IMG/VR virus record: IMGVR_UViG_3300009497_000001
Strand: one strand, 5' to 3'
Source of the DNA: a virus
DNA: 64,000 bases
Shown piece after piece: positions 46,237 to 55,246 of this stretch. Positions within the stretch are counted from its first letter, which is position 1. The number at the start of each line of letters is the position of its first letter. The notes under the pieces were generated by a model. That model was not told the DNA's origin. It saw only the letters and a program-made list of their open reading frames with translations, and made no database searches. The position numbers and the translations under genes were made by a program.

Positions 46237-46609
46237 TTTCAATTAATTCTATCCATACACCGGGGTTTTTTTTATCATAAGAATATTGTTCAAATGCTGG
46301 TATAATAAACTCAGCATTATCATCTTCAATCCATCCGTGTTTAACCATATCATCTTGTACTGTCTGTGCAGGATTAATATAATCAAACTTATGACGGCTT
46401 CCTCTTATAAACTCAAATGATACTTTAACAGGTAGATCATTCTTAGCAACTTCAGCTTTAAAATCCTCAGCATACTTAGCATATATATCTTTGGTAGCCT
46501 TTCTATAATTCATTACAGCTTTGCTAGCAATAAAATATTTACCTGTCCAACGCCTACCGTTTTTACTTGAGGGAACATTGCCTGGTATCCACCATCTTAT
46601 TTTTGTCAT
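46205..46609 (-). CDS. RusA-like Holliday junction resolvase (134 aa)
   Basis: IPGNVPSSKN..., PVKVSFEF..., KFDYINPAQTVQDDMVKHGWIEDDNAEFI parallels the RusA pattern (vpPS.N ... rrDlDNl.K.v.Dal...gvi.DD.qi). Confidence 0.5.
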   Translation of the reverse strand: MTKIRWWIPGNVPSSKNGRRWTGKYFIASKAVMNYRKATKDIYAKYAEDFKAEVAKNDLPVKVSFEFIRGSRHKFDYINPAQTVQDDMVKHGWIEDDNAEFIIPAFEQYSYDKKNPGVWIELIENGKEENNNNR

Positions 46610-46611
46610 AA

Positions 46612-47589
46612 TTATTTATTTAATGTTGTTTTTAATAATGGTTTTAGCATAGCATGTGTCTTATCAAATCCTATTTCTACCATAGCATCTGATATGTCTT
46701 TGCATATAGTTGGTGTACATCCATTTATATTATATGCATCTGCATATCTTTTAACTGCATGTTTACCTGCATCATCATTATCAAACAACGTTATTATACT
46801 TTTGTACTTTTTCTTAAGATTTGCTATGATATGGGGTTTAATCATAGTGTTCTCAGAGTCTGGACTAATAACTTCTAGGTTATAACCCATACCTTTTAAA
46901 CACATTGCATCTTTAAGAGATGAGCAAATCACCAAGTAAGGTTCTTTATACTGCAGCTGATCTATTCCCTGGATATAGTTCTTTACTTTATGAAACTTAT
47001 GCTTTTTACTATGAGGCTGATATATTTTATATACTTCACCATTTCTATCAAAGTAACCATAGCAATGTTTGCTTCCAATCTTTAAAGATTCTATTTCCAA
47101 TGCATCTTGCTTAATCATATTAAAATATTCTATTGGCTTTACATTATACTGATCTAATAATGTTTTGCCTATTCTATATGATAGCCAGTAATTAGCATCA
47201 TCCTGATTCCATTTTCTATACTTTATAAAGTCAATCTCCCATTTAGCCTGAGGCACAAACTCAACACTGACTTTACCATTTTCCTGTATATACTTATTGT
47301 AATCTTCTATTATTCTTCTTGTAGCCTGAGGATAACCCAACTTAAACATGTGTCTAATTAAGTCTGACTTGTTACCTCCAATACCTGTAGAAAAGTCTTT
47401 AAACTTATATTGCATTATGGTTTTATCCACGTATATGCAAAAGCTTGGAGTCTTGTCATTAGGATTAAATATTGAATTAATCTTAATGTCTTGACCTGTT
47501 AGCTGTTCAGGTAAGTCTAGATAATACTGAAACACCCAGTAACTTGGTACGTCTGTTTCTTCTAATATTAAATTTTTAGTGCTGAACAT
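46612..47589 (-). CDS. DnaG-like/Toprim DNA primase (325 aa)
   Basis: Toprim acidic motif ITLFDNDDAGK. KTPSFCIY resembles the primase zinc-binding-region remnant but lacks the upstream Cys/His ligands. Confidence 0.7.
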   Translation of the reverse strand: MFSTKNLILEETDVPSYWVFQYYLDLPEQLTGQDIKINSIFNPNDKTPSFCIYVDKTIMQYKFKDFSTGIGGNKSDLIRHMFKLGYPQATRRIIEDYNKYIQENGKVSVEFVPQAKWEIDFIKYRKWNQDDANYWLSYRIGKTLLDQYNVKPIEYFNMIKQDALEIESLKIGSKHCYGYFDRNGEVYKIYQPHSKKHKFHKVKNYIQGIDQLQYKEPYLVICSSLKDAMCLKGMGYNLEVISPDSENTMIKPHIIANLKKKYKSIITLFDNDDAGKHAVKRYADAYNINGCTPTICKDISDAMVEIGFDKTHAMLKPLLKTTLNK

Positions 47590-47653
47590 AATCCAAATAT
47601 ATTAAAAAGATATGGGCCCAGCATTATACTGAGCCCACTCTTTTGGTTTTATA

Positions 47654-48325
47654 TTACAGATCAAAGTCACTTCCAGAAGCTGTTGCAGGCTCAAAATTTG
47701 AAGCTGTTGTTTCTTTCTTTAAATAAGGTCTAAAATGATTTGTATTATTTCTATCAAATGTTAATAGGTTAGAGCTTTCTTTATCTAACTCTTCTAATGG
47801 CATACCATCTTTACTTCTCTTAGGTAAAAACAAGTCATTATTTACATAACCTTCTTTGTTTTCCCACTCACGTGCACCTAAGCAAGCATTGATATATCCT
47901 GTTTCAGAACATACATTAGCAGCCTTAACCATAAAGTCTTCAATTGTATTTGCCTCAATAGCATCAAGCTCATTTCTTTTACCTACTACTTCAGATAAAA
48001 ATACCATAGCTTTTAATACTTCAGTATCACGGCTAATCTCATTACCATTTGCTAATGTTGCATCTTTAAATGGATATGGTGAGAATCTAACTCTACCTAC
48101 TTGGCCTGCATAACGCTCACCATTAGGATTATTCATATCTTTTAAGAAACCATTAAATTCTCCAGTAACAGGCTCAGACTCTACATGTAATGTAATATTA
48201 TATGCATCTGAATCATAAGGTGTTTGGTCAAATGTAATAGAATTGATTTTGATTTTGTGGTTACCCACTCCAATAACTGGTTTGATGCTACCTGATCCGG
48301 CAGACATGTCTTTAGTACTTAACAT
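47654..48325 (-). CDS. Hypothetical protein (223 aa); sits where the ssDNA-binding partner usually lies next to Sak4-type ATPases
   Basis: Gene context only. ATG start. Confidence 0.55.
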   Translation of the reverse strand: MLSTKDMSAGSGSIKPVIGVGNHKIKINSITFDQTPYDSDAYNITLHVESEPVTGEFNGFLKDMNNPNGERYAGQVGRVRFSPYPFKDATLANGNEISRDTEVLKAMVFLSEVVGKRNELDAIEANTIEDFMVKAANVCSETGYINACLGAREWENKEGYVNNDLFLPKRSKDGMPLEELDKESSNLLTFDRNNTNHFRPYLKKETTASNFEPATASGSDFDL

Positions 48326-48350
48326 AATTTACTTTTTTATTAATTATTAA

Positions 48351-49034
48351 TTATTGATTATATTTTTCAATACAATCTTTTACAAATTGTAGGTCATTTG
48401 GAATAAACTTATCCTCAAACATACCCATAGGTGATTTACATGTGTTCTCTCCATTGTTTTGAGTTTCAAAACCATATTCAAGTTCACCATCATCATTTTT
48501 ATTTACTTTACCAAATAATACTATAGAGAATAGTCCTTCTAAAGTTAGTGTATTGTCAATCATTTTGCCAATAGTTTTTGCTTTAACTTTTCTATTTCCA
48601 TTTATATCAGTTGAATCTTCTGAGTGAGTTAAGAAAATGATAGTCAAATCTTCTCTCAAGTCTTTAGGAAGTTTTGCAACCATTGCTAAGTTAGCTGCAA
48701 TCTGAGTGAATTTATCATAACCTTTCTCATTAGCTCTGTCAAAATATTCAAAAGAACTCATATACTGCCAATCATCTACTACTAATGTTTTGATATGGCT
48801 CATTTTTTCATCTACATGCTTTATTGCTTTTATTATTCCTGCACTTGATGAAGCTGATGTCAGATTACCTTTTGGGTTATCTTTACTAATTTGTGTGTAT
48901 TTGCTTTTCCATCCCTGGAACGGTAATGGTTTGTTAGCAATGTTTATAATGAAAGTCTCTTTAGGATTTAATGTTCTGATTGAGGTAGACTTTCCTGTAC
49001 CTGAGTCAGCAATTACTAATACGCTGTTTGCCAT
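48351..49034 (-). CDS. Sak4-like/AAA_24 RecA-fold ATPase (227 aa)
   Basis: Walker A LVIADSGTGKST, Walker B TLVVDDW, IIFLTHSE. Confidence 0.7.
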   Translation of the reverse strand: MANSVLVIADSGTGKSTSIRTLNPKETFIINIANKPLPFQGWKSKYTQISKDNPKGNLTSASSSAGIIKAIKHVDEKMSHIKTLVVDDWQYMSSFEYFDRANEKGYDKFTQIAANLAMVAKLPKDLREDLTIIFLTHSEDSTDINGNRKVKAKTIGKMIDNTLTLEGLFSIVLFGKVNKNDDGELEYGFETQNNGENTCKSPMGMFEDKFIPNDLQFVKDCIEKYNQ

Positions 49035-49035
49035 A

Positions 49036-49590
49036 TTACTTTTTTTGAATTACGTTAATTAATTTATTTAATGTTGCATTTATTTCTGATAATGCGTTTA
49101 TCAGCTCTGCATTGGAGAGGAGGGGAGCAGTGTCAGTGCTTTCATCTGGATTAGGCAAATCTGGATTTGCAAAATCTATTATAGCTTTACCCCTATTTGT
49201 TACATCATTTATAACCTTTAGTTCACTAACAGGTATAATGTGTCTCTGAAATCCTGAATTACTTGTTATGATTTCATACTCTTCCTGCCAGTGTGGATTA
49301 TGTTTATGATAATATAGTGTCCTTTTTGGATCTTCTGTATCATAATCTATAGATACAAATTCTGTATATATATCTTCTCCTTTTTCAAATTCACTTGGAA
49401 AAAAGCTTACATGTAGCTCATCCTTTCCAGTTGGCCTGTAAGCCATCTTAGGTATGTATAATGCATTAATCTTTCCTTCTGTCTGAAAGTAATCTTCATG
49501 CTCTTCTCTTAGTGATGCAACCTTCTGCTTTCTTTCTTGCGGTGTTAGTCCCATCTTTTTTTTGTTATTTAAGTTTTTAGTATTTATCAT
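49036..49590 (-). CDS. Hypothetical protein (184 aa)
   Basis: ATG start; overlaps the helicase stop by 4 nt. Confidence 0.6.
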   Translation of the reverse strand: MINTKNLNNKKKMGLTPQERKQKVASLREEHEDYFQTEGKINALYIPKMAYRPTGKDELHVSFFPSEFEKGEDIYTEFVSIDYDTEDPKRTLYYHKHNPHWQEEYEIITSNSGFQRHIIPVSELKVINDVTNRGKAIIDFANPDLPNPDESTDTAPLLSNAELINALSEINATLNKLINVIQKK

Positions 49591-50540
49591 CTGCGTTCTT
49601 GTTGTTGAGGTGTTGCCATTTCTTCTATTTGCATTTGTTCAAACTTAGCTTTGAAAAATGACATACGTGCATCACCATTTCTTGCTTTAAGAAAATGTAA
49701 AACCAATGTTCTATCATTTTCTATTATATATCTATCTGGTCCATAATATCTAATCTTTTGTTTAGCTGGGCGGTTGATACCTATTAACATATCTGCATGC
49801 TGTAGCATTGCATCTGAGCCAAATATATCTGACTCAAGTATATAGTTACCATACTTACCATCTATAGCCCTGTCCGGATTATCTATGTTCCTATTTAGTT
49901 GTGATAAAGCAATAAACAAACAAGGATAATCTCTCTTACACTGTGTAAAGAATTCACCTAACTCAAATAACATATCTAATGTGTTATTCTGGTATGGTGC
50001 TCTCTTGACTAACATTGTATGATCAAGTGTTATCATTGTATTTACTCCTTTATGCTGTGTCATATACTGATCAATTTGCTCACGCATCTGATTAACAGTC
50101 ATAGGTGTACTAATTATATCAACCGGGTGCTTTACTCTTTCTTTAGCATATAAATGGCATTTATTTAATGTATCTGTATTTAATATTGATCCTGCACTAC
50201 ATAATTCTTTGTATGTTTTACCAGTTATAGAACTAAATTCTCTGATAGCTGAGGTTCTCCCTACCATCTCAAACTGAAATTCTAATACTCTAAACTTATC
50301 ATTTGGATTTAAAGCAAATGATTCTCTAATGATTTGATCCTTAATCAGTGTCTTACCTGAACCAGGTCTACCACCAATTACTGTCAAAGTATTCCATTCT
50401 ATACCATCAGTGGCAGCATCATTAAACTTAGGCCACGGAGTATAGATTGATTTCTCTTCTCCTGTTGACCTAGCATACATATATTTAAGTGCATCATTAA
50501 ATGCAGCATATTGCCCAATCCATGATGGTTTATTTTTCAT
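49587..50540 (-). CDS. DnaB-like replicative helicase, C-terminal RecA-type domain only (317 aa)
   Basis: H1 VIGGRPGSGKT, H2 MITLDH, H3 ALSQLNR, H4 LKARNG. Confidence 0.8.
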   Translation of the reverse strand: MKNKPSWIGQYAAFNDALKYMYARSTGEEKSIYTPWPKFNDAATDGIEWNTLTVIGGRPGSGKTLIKDQIIRESFALNPNDKFRVLEFQFEMVGRTSAIREFSSITGKTYKELCSAGSILNTDTLNKCHLYAKERVKHPVDIISTPMTVNQMREQIDQYMTQHKGVNTMITLDHTMLVKRAPYQNNTLDMLFELGEFFTQCKRDYPCLFIALSQLNRNIDNPDRAIDGKYGNYILESDIFGSDAMLQHADMLIGINRPAKQKIRYYGPDRYIIENDRTLVLHFLKARNGDARMSFFKAKFEQMQIEEMATPQQQERR

Positions 50541-51127
50541 ACAACGTTTTCTTTAAAGTGTTCTTTTTCTGTTTCTACCCCATCAATAATCATATCACAA
50601 TAGTCAGCTAATGTAGAGTGTTTAACCCTATGCTTGTCTTGCTTTGATATAAAGTATTGACTTGTCTGCATATACATATATTCTGTATCTCTATATTCAT
50701 TGACATACATCTTAGTTGCTTTGATTATCTCATCCCAACCATAGTCATATGTTTCAAAAAACCATCTAAAGTTTTCTCCTAAAGCTTTGATATTATTTCT
50801 AGCTGGCTTACCGCTTGGTAGTTTCCTTGCTGGAAATATCTCTCTGTATGTGTGGATCTTATCATTAAAGTCCTTACCCATGAGTTGTATATCAGTTTTT
50901 TTCTTTGCTTTAACAAAATAGTTATCAAGCCTAGCACAAAATGCTTTAGCTTCAGCAGTCATTTTATATTGGTTTTCTTCTTTTATTAATAAACCTTTTT
51001 CAATTAACTTTTCTTTATCTTCAGACTTAACATTTGGTAAGGATACGCCTTGCTTCATCCCAAACAGTATTAGGGCTTGGTTTGGTGTTATCTTCATCAT
51101 CAGTATTTTCTGAAATAGTTCCCACAT
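50537..51127 (-). CDS. Hypothetical replication-module protein (196 aa; start uncertain)
   Basis: ATG at 51127 overlaps the upstream ORF by 101 nt. Internal Met codons (MMKITP..., GMKQG...) are alternative starts. Confidence 0.55.
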   Translation of the reverse strand: MWELFQKILMMKITPNQALILFGMKQGVSLPNVKSEDKEKLIEKGLLIKEENQYKMTAEAKAFCARLDNYFVKAKKKTDIQLMGKDFNDKIHTYREIFPARKLPSGKPARNNIKALGENFRWFFETYDYGWDEIIKATKMYVNEYRDTEYMYMQTSQYFISKQDKHRVKHSTLADYCDMIIDGVETEKEHFKENVV

Positions 51128-51542
51128 ATTCTTTTATTTTTATTAAAGTGTTATTATATGCATTCATTACAGATTCATCATTAGTAAAAAATCCATTCTC
51201 AATCATTTTACATGAATTAATGATGGTTGCATGATTGCGTTTTAAAAATCTACCTATACTTGTTTTAGTATGCCCTTCTTTATGAGCCAAGTATGACATA
51301 ACTTGAACGTATACAAGAAACTCCCTCAATCTAGTCCTGTGTTGTAGAGTTTTGATACTCTGAAACTTAGGATGATTTTCATGTAATGCAAGTAAAGCAC
51401 TGTCATGAAATATACCTAATGGGATCTTTTTGTTTTGATCTTGAGGGGTGTAAATATACAATTTAATCCCATGACTTAAATAAAAAGACTTCTTAAATTC
51501 TGAAATTTGTTTCTTCTGGTTAAGTTCTTGATTATCAGACAT
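51027..51542 (-). CDS. DnaA C-terminal-domain-like HTH protein (171 aa)
   Basis: YLAHKEGHTKTSIGRFLKRNHATIINSCKMIEN parallels DnaA domain IV (yL.r.lt..S...IG..fgrdHsTVlhac.kie). Confidence 0.5.
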   Translation of the reverse strand: MSDNQELNQKKQISEFKKSFYLSHGIKLYIYTPQDQNKKIPLGIFHDSALLALHENHPKFQSIKTLQHRTRLREFLVYVQVMSYLAHKEGHTKTSIGRFLKRNHATIINSCKMIENGFFTNDESVMNAYNNTLIKIKEYVGTISENTDDEDNTKPSPNTVWDEARRILTKC

Positions 51543-51564
51543 TTATATTATAATTAAAGGTTAT

Positions 51565-51572
51565 CAAAGATA
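51565..51572 (-). promoter_or_regulatory. Bacteroidota-type -7 box TATCTTTG (TAnnTTTG) upstream of the 51542 start
   Basis: Plus strand reads CAAAGATA. The box ends 22 nt upstream of the ATG. Confidence 0.3.
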
Positions 51573-51579
51573 GTAAAAT

Positions 51580-52269
51580 TTACCAATCTATGCAAGGTTT
51601 ATCTTGATTTTCTAGTTCTGTATTAACTTTGTTAAAGACATCTTTACAGTCCCATTCACCACCTCTATATGCAGCTGATGCCGGGTGTGCTACCTTAAAT
51701 ATTTTTTGTCTATCTAATAGTAGTTGCCATGCTTCTGCTTTCTTACCCATTAATATAGATGGTACTTGTTTATTGTGTCTATTTATATTTTCAAACAAGT
51801 ATTCTGTAAATGGTTTCCATATAGAATAATGTGACCCTATAGAATTTATCTCTACTGTAAAAGCTGTATTAATTAATAATACACCCTGGTTAGCCCAACA
51901 CCTTAGATCAGTGTGGTCTGTACCAATTGCTTTGTTTATGTATTGTAAAGACTTTTCTGCTTTACCTTTTCTGCTACAGCTAAAAGCTATACCATCTGCA
52001 ACTCCAAGCTGAGGATATGGATCTTGCCCTATGATTATACATTTAAGTTCATCATATGGACATTCTAAGAATGCATTAAATATATCTTTAAATCTTGGTG
52101 TAAATCTTTTCTCTGCATTTACACATTCTACTAGTTTATTCATGATCATATCAAACTCAAGTCCATTTATAAATGGTGAGAGCATAGGTGCCCATCCTGA
52201 ATCTTCTAATTTATTATTGACATCATTTCTTAATTGTTCTATGTCAATTTCTATTAAGTTATTATTCAT
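51580..52269 (-). CDS. ung: Uracil-DNA glycosylase, family 1-like (229 aa)
   Basis: IIGQDPYP (GQDPYH-type motif), GVLLINTAFTV, C-terminal AHPAS (HPSPLS-type). Confidence 0.8.
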   Translation of the reverse strand: MNNNLIEIDIEQLRNDVNNKLEDSGWAPMLSPFINGLEFDMIMNKLVECVNAEKRFTPRFKDIFNAFLECPYDELKCIIIGQDPYPQLGVADGIAFSCSRKGKAEKSLQYINKAIGTDHTDLRCWANQGVLLINTAFTVEINSIGSHYSIWKPFTEYLFENINRHNKQVPSILMGKKAEAWQLLLDRQKIFKVAHPASAAYRGGEWDCKDVFNKVNTELENQDKPCIDW

Positions 52270-52286
52270 ATTCTATTTCTTTTTTG

Positions 52287-52294
52287 TATCTTTG
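52287..52294 (+). promoter_or_regulatory. Bacteroidota-type -7 box TATCTTTG upstream of the 52314 start
   Basis: Identical octamer to the one at 51565-51572 on the opposite strand. Lies 19 nt before the ATG. Confidence 0.3.
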
Positions 52295-52313
52295 ATTAAT
52301 TAATACAGTTACT

Positions 52314-52736
52314 ATGTCAGATAAAAAACAATTCATCACTTATGATACTACTAAAAACTTAGTAGCAGATATTAATCCTGCTTTTATCTCAGGACTACAA
52401 GCAATATATGGTAGATACCTTCTTGAATTCTATCCAGATGCTAGCAAATTTGGTATACTTATACAAGACTTCAATGAAACAATTATGGAGCCTGAAAAAG
52501 CCAAGCTCAAAAATAGACAGTTTACTCCAATTGAGAGTGAACTATATACTTTATATTCTATCATTAATATATTCAAGGCTTTTGCAAAAGAGCAAGGGCT
52601 TGAACAGTATGAAGACCTTAAAGTAACTGAAAATGACTTTGCTAAAGTTGTGTCTGATCTTAAAGAAGAGACTAACAACCCAACGGAGATGCTACAAAAA
52701 TTAGCTGTTAAGCTAGATGAAATGAAATCATCTTAA
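52314..52736 (+). CDS. Hypothetical protein (140 aa); lone plus-strand gene inside the minus-strand module
   Basis: ATG start. Convergent 9-nt overlap with 52728-53111. Confidence 0.55.
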   Translation: MSDKKQFITYDTTKNLVADINPAFISGLQAIYGRYLLEFYPDASKFGILIQDFNETIMEPEKAKLKNRQFTPIESELYTLYSIINIFKAFAKEQGLEQYEDLKVTENDFAKVVSDLKEETNNPTEMLQKLAVKLDEMKSS

Positions 52737-53111
52737 TTGCATACCTGCAAAGTCACCTATTTCTAAAGCTGCTTGTATAGCAAGATTCAATTCTTCTTTA
52801 TCACACTTAGCAAATGATTTACAATATTCTTTATTGTTTTTCATAAAGCATAAGCCTGCTTTTCTTTTTACTTGTAACTTTACCTCTTCAAAGGTATAAC
52901 CAAGTTCATTTGCTATCTCACGTATCATTGCGTGTACTCTAGCTAACTGTGGATTACTACCTTTACCATCTTGTATACCAATAAATATCTCTACTCTTGC
53001 ACCATCCTTATGGTCCTTGAAGAAGCCTTCATATTTATTCTTGAATGCTTTTATAGGAAAATGTAACTTTCCATCTTTTACTGTACCTTCTATAAATAAC
53101 TGATCTTTCAT
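52728..53111 (-). CDS. Hypothetical protein (127 aa)
   Basis: ATG start, ATGA coupling to the upstream micro-ORF. Confidence 0.6.
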   Translation of the reverse strand: MKDQLFIEGTVKDGKLHFPIKAFKNKYEGFFKDHKDGARVEIFIGIQDGKGSNPQLARVHAMIREIANELGYTFEEVKLQVKRKAGLCFMKNNKEYCKSFAKCDKEELNLAIQAALEIGDFAGMQLR

Positions 53112-53263
53112 TTTATTAAGTTATGTACAATTAGTACTGCAATACCTATAACAAACATCCAGGCTACATATTCTATAATTTTGTAGGTTTGTTCCATCTT
53201 TTCACGTGTTCTACCTTGGTTATGATGCTTTAATCCATCATGTATTTTTTTAAGATCTTTCAT
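53108..53263 (-). CDS. Micro-ORF, 51 aa, C-terminal hydrophobic helix
   Basis: MKDLKKIHDGLKHHNQGRTREKMEQTYKIIEYVAWMFVIGIAVLIVHNLIK. ATGA overlap with 52728-53111. Confidence 0.3.
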   Translation of the reverse strand: MKDLKKIHDGLKHHNQGRTREKMEQTYKIIEYVAWMFVIGIAVLIVHNLIK

Positions 53264-53390
53264 TTGTATTTTTTTTTAGTTGTGCTTCTAATATCTCAAT
53301 AGCTACTTCCAAGTTCCTTCTTGAGGAACCTGGTAAAGTATCTACATTATCTAATAGATTAATTATATCCTTTATAATTATATTATTCAT
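53250..53390 (-). CDS. Micro-ORF, 46 aa
   Basis: MNNIIIKDIINLLDNVDTLPGSSRRNLEVAIEILEAQLKKNTNERS. Fills an otherwise ORF-free gap. Confidence 0.25.
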   Translation of the reverse strand: MNNIIIKDIINLLDNVDTLPGSSRRNLEVAIEILEAQLKKNTNERS

Positions 53391-53631
53391 GTGTTTCTAA
53401 TATTCTTTCTTCAAAGTCTTCTTCTAATAAATCTTGCACGTCTACAGATACAAGGTTACCCACTCTATCTTTAGTAATATACCATACGTGATGTACTTCA
53501 ACACTTGGTCCATAACCTGGCGTACCTGGATCTCCATTAGAATCATACCATTGGTCTGGTTCTCCTGGATCATAAGAATACTGTATACATACAGTTTCTC
53601 CTGAGTCTGTTATTAAATCTATTTCACTCAT
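53383..53631 (-). CDS. Hypothetical acidic protein (82 aa from the ATG; the track start at 53688 is GTG)
   Basis: ATG at 53631 overlaps the upstream TGA (TGATG). Confidence 0.55.
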   Translation of the reverse strand: MSEIDLITDSGETVCIQYSYDPGEPDQWYDSNGDPGTPGYGPSVEVHHVWYITKDRVGNLVSVDVQDLLEEDFEERILETHE

Positions 53632-53870
53632 CACAAAAATCTTAAGGCATCTCCAACATAAACAAACTCCTGAGCACACTCTGTGCACTTAGCATTAGAT
53701 TCATTTCTGATTAATGCTGGGTCACCACAGTTTGGGCATGGAGTTTCATCATGGGTATCTATATACTCTTCAATTGCTTTTCTTGATAGTCCGTGTATCA
53801 TTGCATCATGCGTACCACGGTACTCTAATTCTTCTTGTTGCTCAATAAAGAGCTCTTTCATTCTTCCCAT
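53631..53870 (-). CDS. Small zinc-ribbon protein (79 aa)
   Basis: CPNCGD...18 aa...CTEC forms a four-Cys ribbon pattern. Confidence 0.55.
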   Translation of the reverse strand: MGRMKELFIEQQEELEYRGTHDAMIHGLSRKAIEEYIDTHDETPCPNCGDPALIRNESNAKCTECAQEFVYVGDALRFL

Positions 53871-53874
53871 AATT

Positions 53875-55005
53875 TTATCTGTTTAAAGGGTTATAACGTT
53901 TAATTTTAGATTGATCAAAGGATTTAAGTGCAGATGACACCCAGTTTACATCTTGAGTATTTTTGTAACACAATATATGACATATTGCTGTCTCAGTTGG
54001 ATTTAATCTAAGTAATCTACCTATCCTTTGTGCTGTTTTCTTTTCATTACCATATGCATGCATAATAATACCTTGTTTTAACCTTGGTATTGTAACACCT
54101 TCTGATAACTGTAACACACATGATAGAGTGTGTATCCTTCCATCTGAAAATAATTCTAAATTTTCTTCTGACTTAGGGTTACCTGAATGATAACTATGCT
54201 TACTGATACGGTCTGCCTGCTTTTGTGTATTAGCAAATACTATACACTTATCCTCTATATTCTTAACCATAGATTTTACATATGATTCTTTAGTTGGATA
54301 ATCCATCAAAGCTCTCATTCTCATGATCCTTGCAAATTGCATTTGTTTAGGAGACTGTGCCTCTGCCACTCTACCATTACAATAATCATAATCTTTCTTC
54401 TCATTAGTAAACCAGTGCCCACCATTTTTATTTTTCTTTTTCAATGTAGGCAAACCAGATAGCTCTAACTCATGTATAATTATCTTATAATCATTAAGTA
54501 TATTACTTTCTGTTGCATCATCTACATCAAAGGTATATCTGATTGGACAATACTTGTTTACAAGCATGCCTTTTACAGACTTCTTATCTCTTGGTGGTGT
54601 ACCTGTTAAACCTAATATTTTACCTTGAAACTGTGATAAGAATATTTCATGACCTGGTAGTAATGAGTGACACTCATCTAAATAAACTATATCATAGTCA
54701 TTTGGATTGTGTTTTTTTAATGATAGATAAGTAGTAAACGTTATATGCTTAACTAACTTTTCAACTTTCATCTTACCTAATTCATCTATCCATGATTGAG
54801 ATACTGAATGTTTAGGTATTACTACTAAAGCCTGTACAAAAGGATTAAAGTTCCTTTGAAGGTGTTGTATAGCTATACGTGTTTTACCAACACCCATAGA
54901 AATGCCCAGACCACATCTTTTATGCTGAGCTGCTATATTTAATGCTTCTAGTTGAACTACATGTCTATTATTTACAGAGTAATCCAACTGAATATTTTTT
55001 GCCAT
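53875..55005 (-). CDS. Compact SF2 (DEAH/SNF2-related) helicase (376 aa)
   Basis: Motif I GISMGVGKT, motif II VYLDECH, motif III LGLTGTP, motif VI TAQRIGRLLR. Confidence 0.8.
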   Translation of the reverse strand: MAKNIQLDYSVNNRHVVQLEALNIAAQHKRCGLGISMGVGKTRIAIQHLQRNFNPFVQALVVIPKHSVSQSWIDELGKMKVEKLVKHITFTTYLSLKKHNPNDYDIVYLDECHSLLPGHEIFLSQFQGKILGLTGTPPRDKKSVKGMLVNKYCPIRYTFDVDDATESNILNDYKIIIHELELSGLPTLKKKNKNGGHWFTNEKKDYDYCNGRVAEAQSPKQMQFARIMRMRALMDYPTKESYVKSMVKNIEDKCIVFANTQKQADRISKHSYHSGNPKSEENLELFSDGRIHTLSCVLQLSEGVTIPRLKQGIIMHAYGNEKKTAQRIGRLLRLNPTETAICHILCYKNTQDVNWVSSALKSFDQSKIKRYNPLNR

Positions 55006-55083
55006 ATAATAATTGTTGTTGCCAGAACTAATGTCCAGGTTAGTATTCTAATTAATTTGTTTTTCATAATGTTACATTTAAGG

Positions 55084-55157
55084 TGGACCCTATAGGACTT
55101 GAACCTATGACCTATCCGTTATGAGCGGAGTGCTCTGACCAACTGAGCTAAGAGTCC
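55084..55157 (-). tRNA. tRNA with anticodon CAT (elongator Met or lysidine-modified Ile2), 74 nt
   Basis: Manual cloverleaf: GGACTCT-TA-GCTC-AGTTGGTCA-GAGC-A-CTCCG-CTCATAA-CGGAT-AGGTC-ATAGG-TTCAAGT-CCTAT-AGGGTCC-A. G1-C72 paired, so not an initiator. Followed by CC then T. Confidence 0.85.
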
Positions 55158-55246
55158 TGGTAGCCGGAGTGGGACTTGAACCCACACGAACTATCCAGTT
55201 CAACAGATTTTAAGTCTGTCATGTCTACCAATTCCATCATCCGGCC
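55158..55246 (-). tRNA. tRNA-Leu (anticodon TAA), 89 nt with long variable arm and encoded CCA
   Basis: Anticodon stem-loop ACAGA-CTTAAAA-TCTGT, variable arm GAAC-TGGATA-GTTC, T arm GTGGG-TTCAAGT-CCCAC, acceptor GGCCGGA/TCCGGCT, ACCA end. Confidence 0.9.

Noticed and set aside
47594-47601. TATATTTG (-7-type box) upstream of the primase gene
   Set aside because: It ends only 4 nt from the ATG, so a transcript started from it would begin inside the ORF. It is probably a chance match in AT-rich sequence.
47613-47637. Hairpin TGGGC-15 nt-GCCCA between 47654 gene and the primase gene as a terminator
   Set aside because: It has only 5 bp with a 15-nt loop and a weak, displaced T-run. Too weak to call without transcript data.
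46694-54734. Plus-strand ORFs inside minus-strand replication genes (46694-46885, 46920-47114, 47856-48113, 48790-49062, 51034-51234, 51629-51829, 52031-52303, 53683-53886, 54543-54734), plus internal alternative-frame ORFs 52408-52626 (+) and 52430-52678 (-)
   Set aside because: Each lies opposite, or out of frame within, a gene with recognisable motifs or better packing. Their compositions are typical of shadow frames.
54972-55067. 31-aa hydrophobic micro-ORF overlapping the start of the SF2 helicase gene
   Set aside because: It overlaps the helicase by 34 nt in another frame, with no coupling signature. Support is insufficient.
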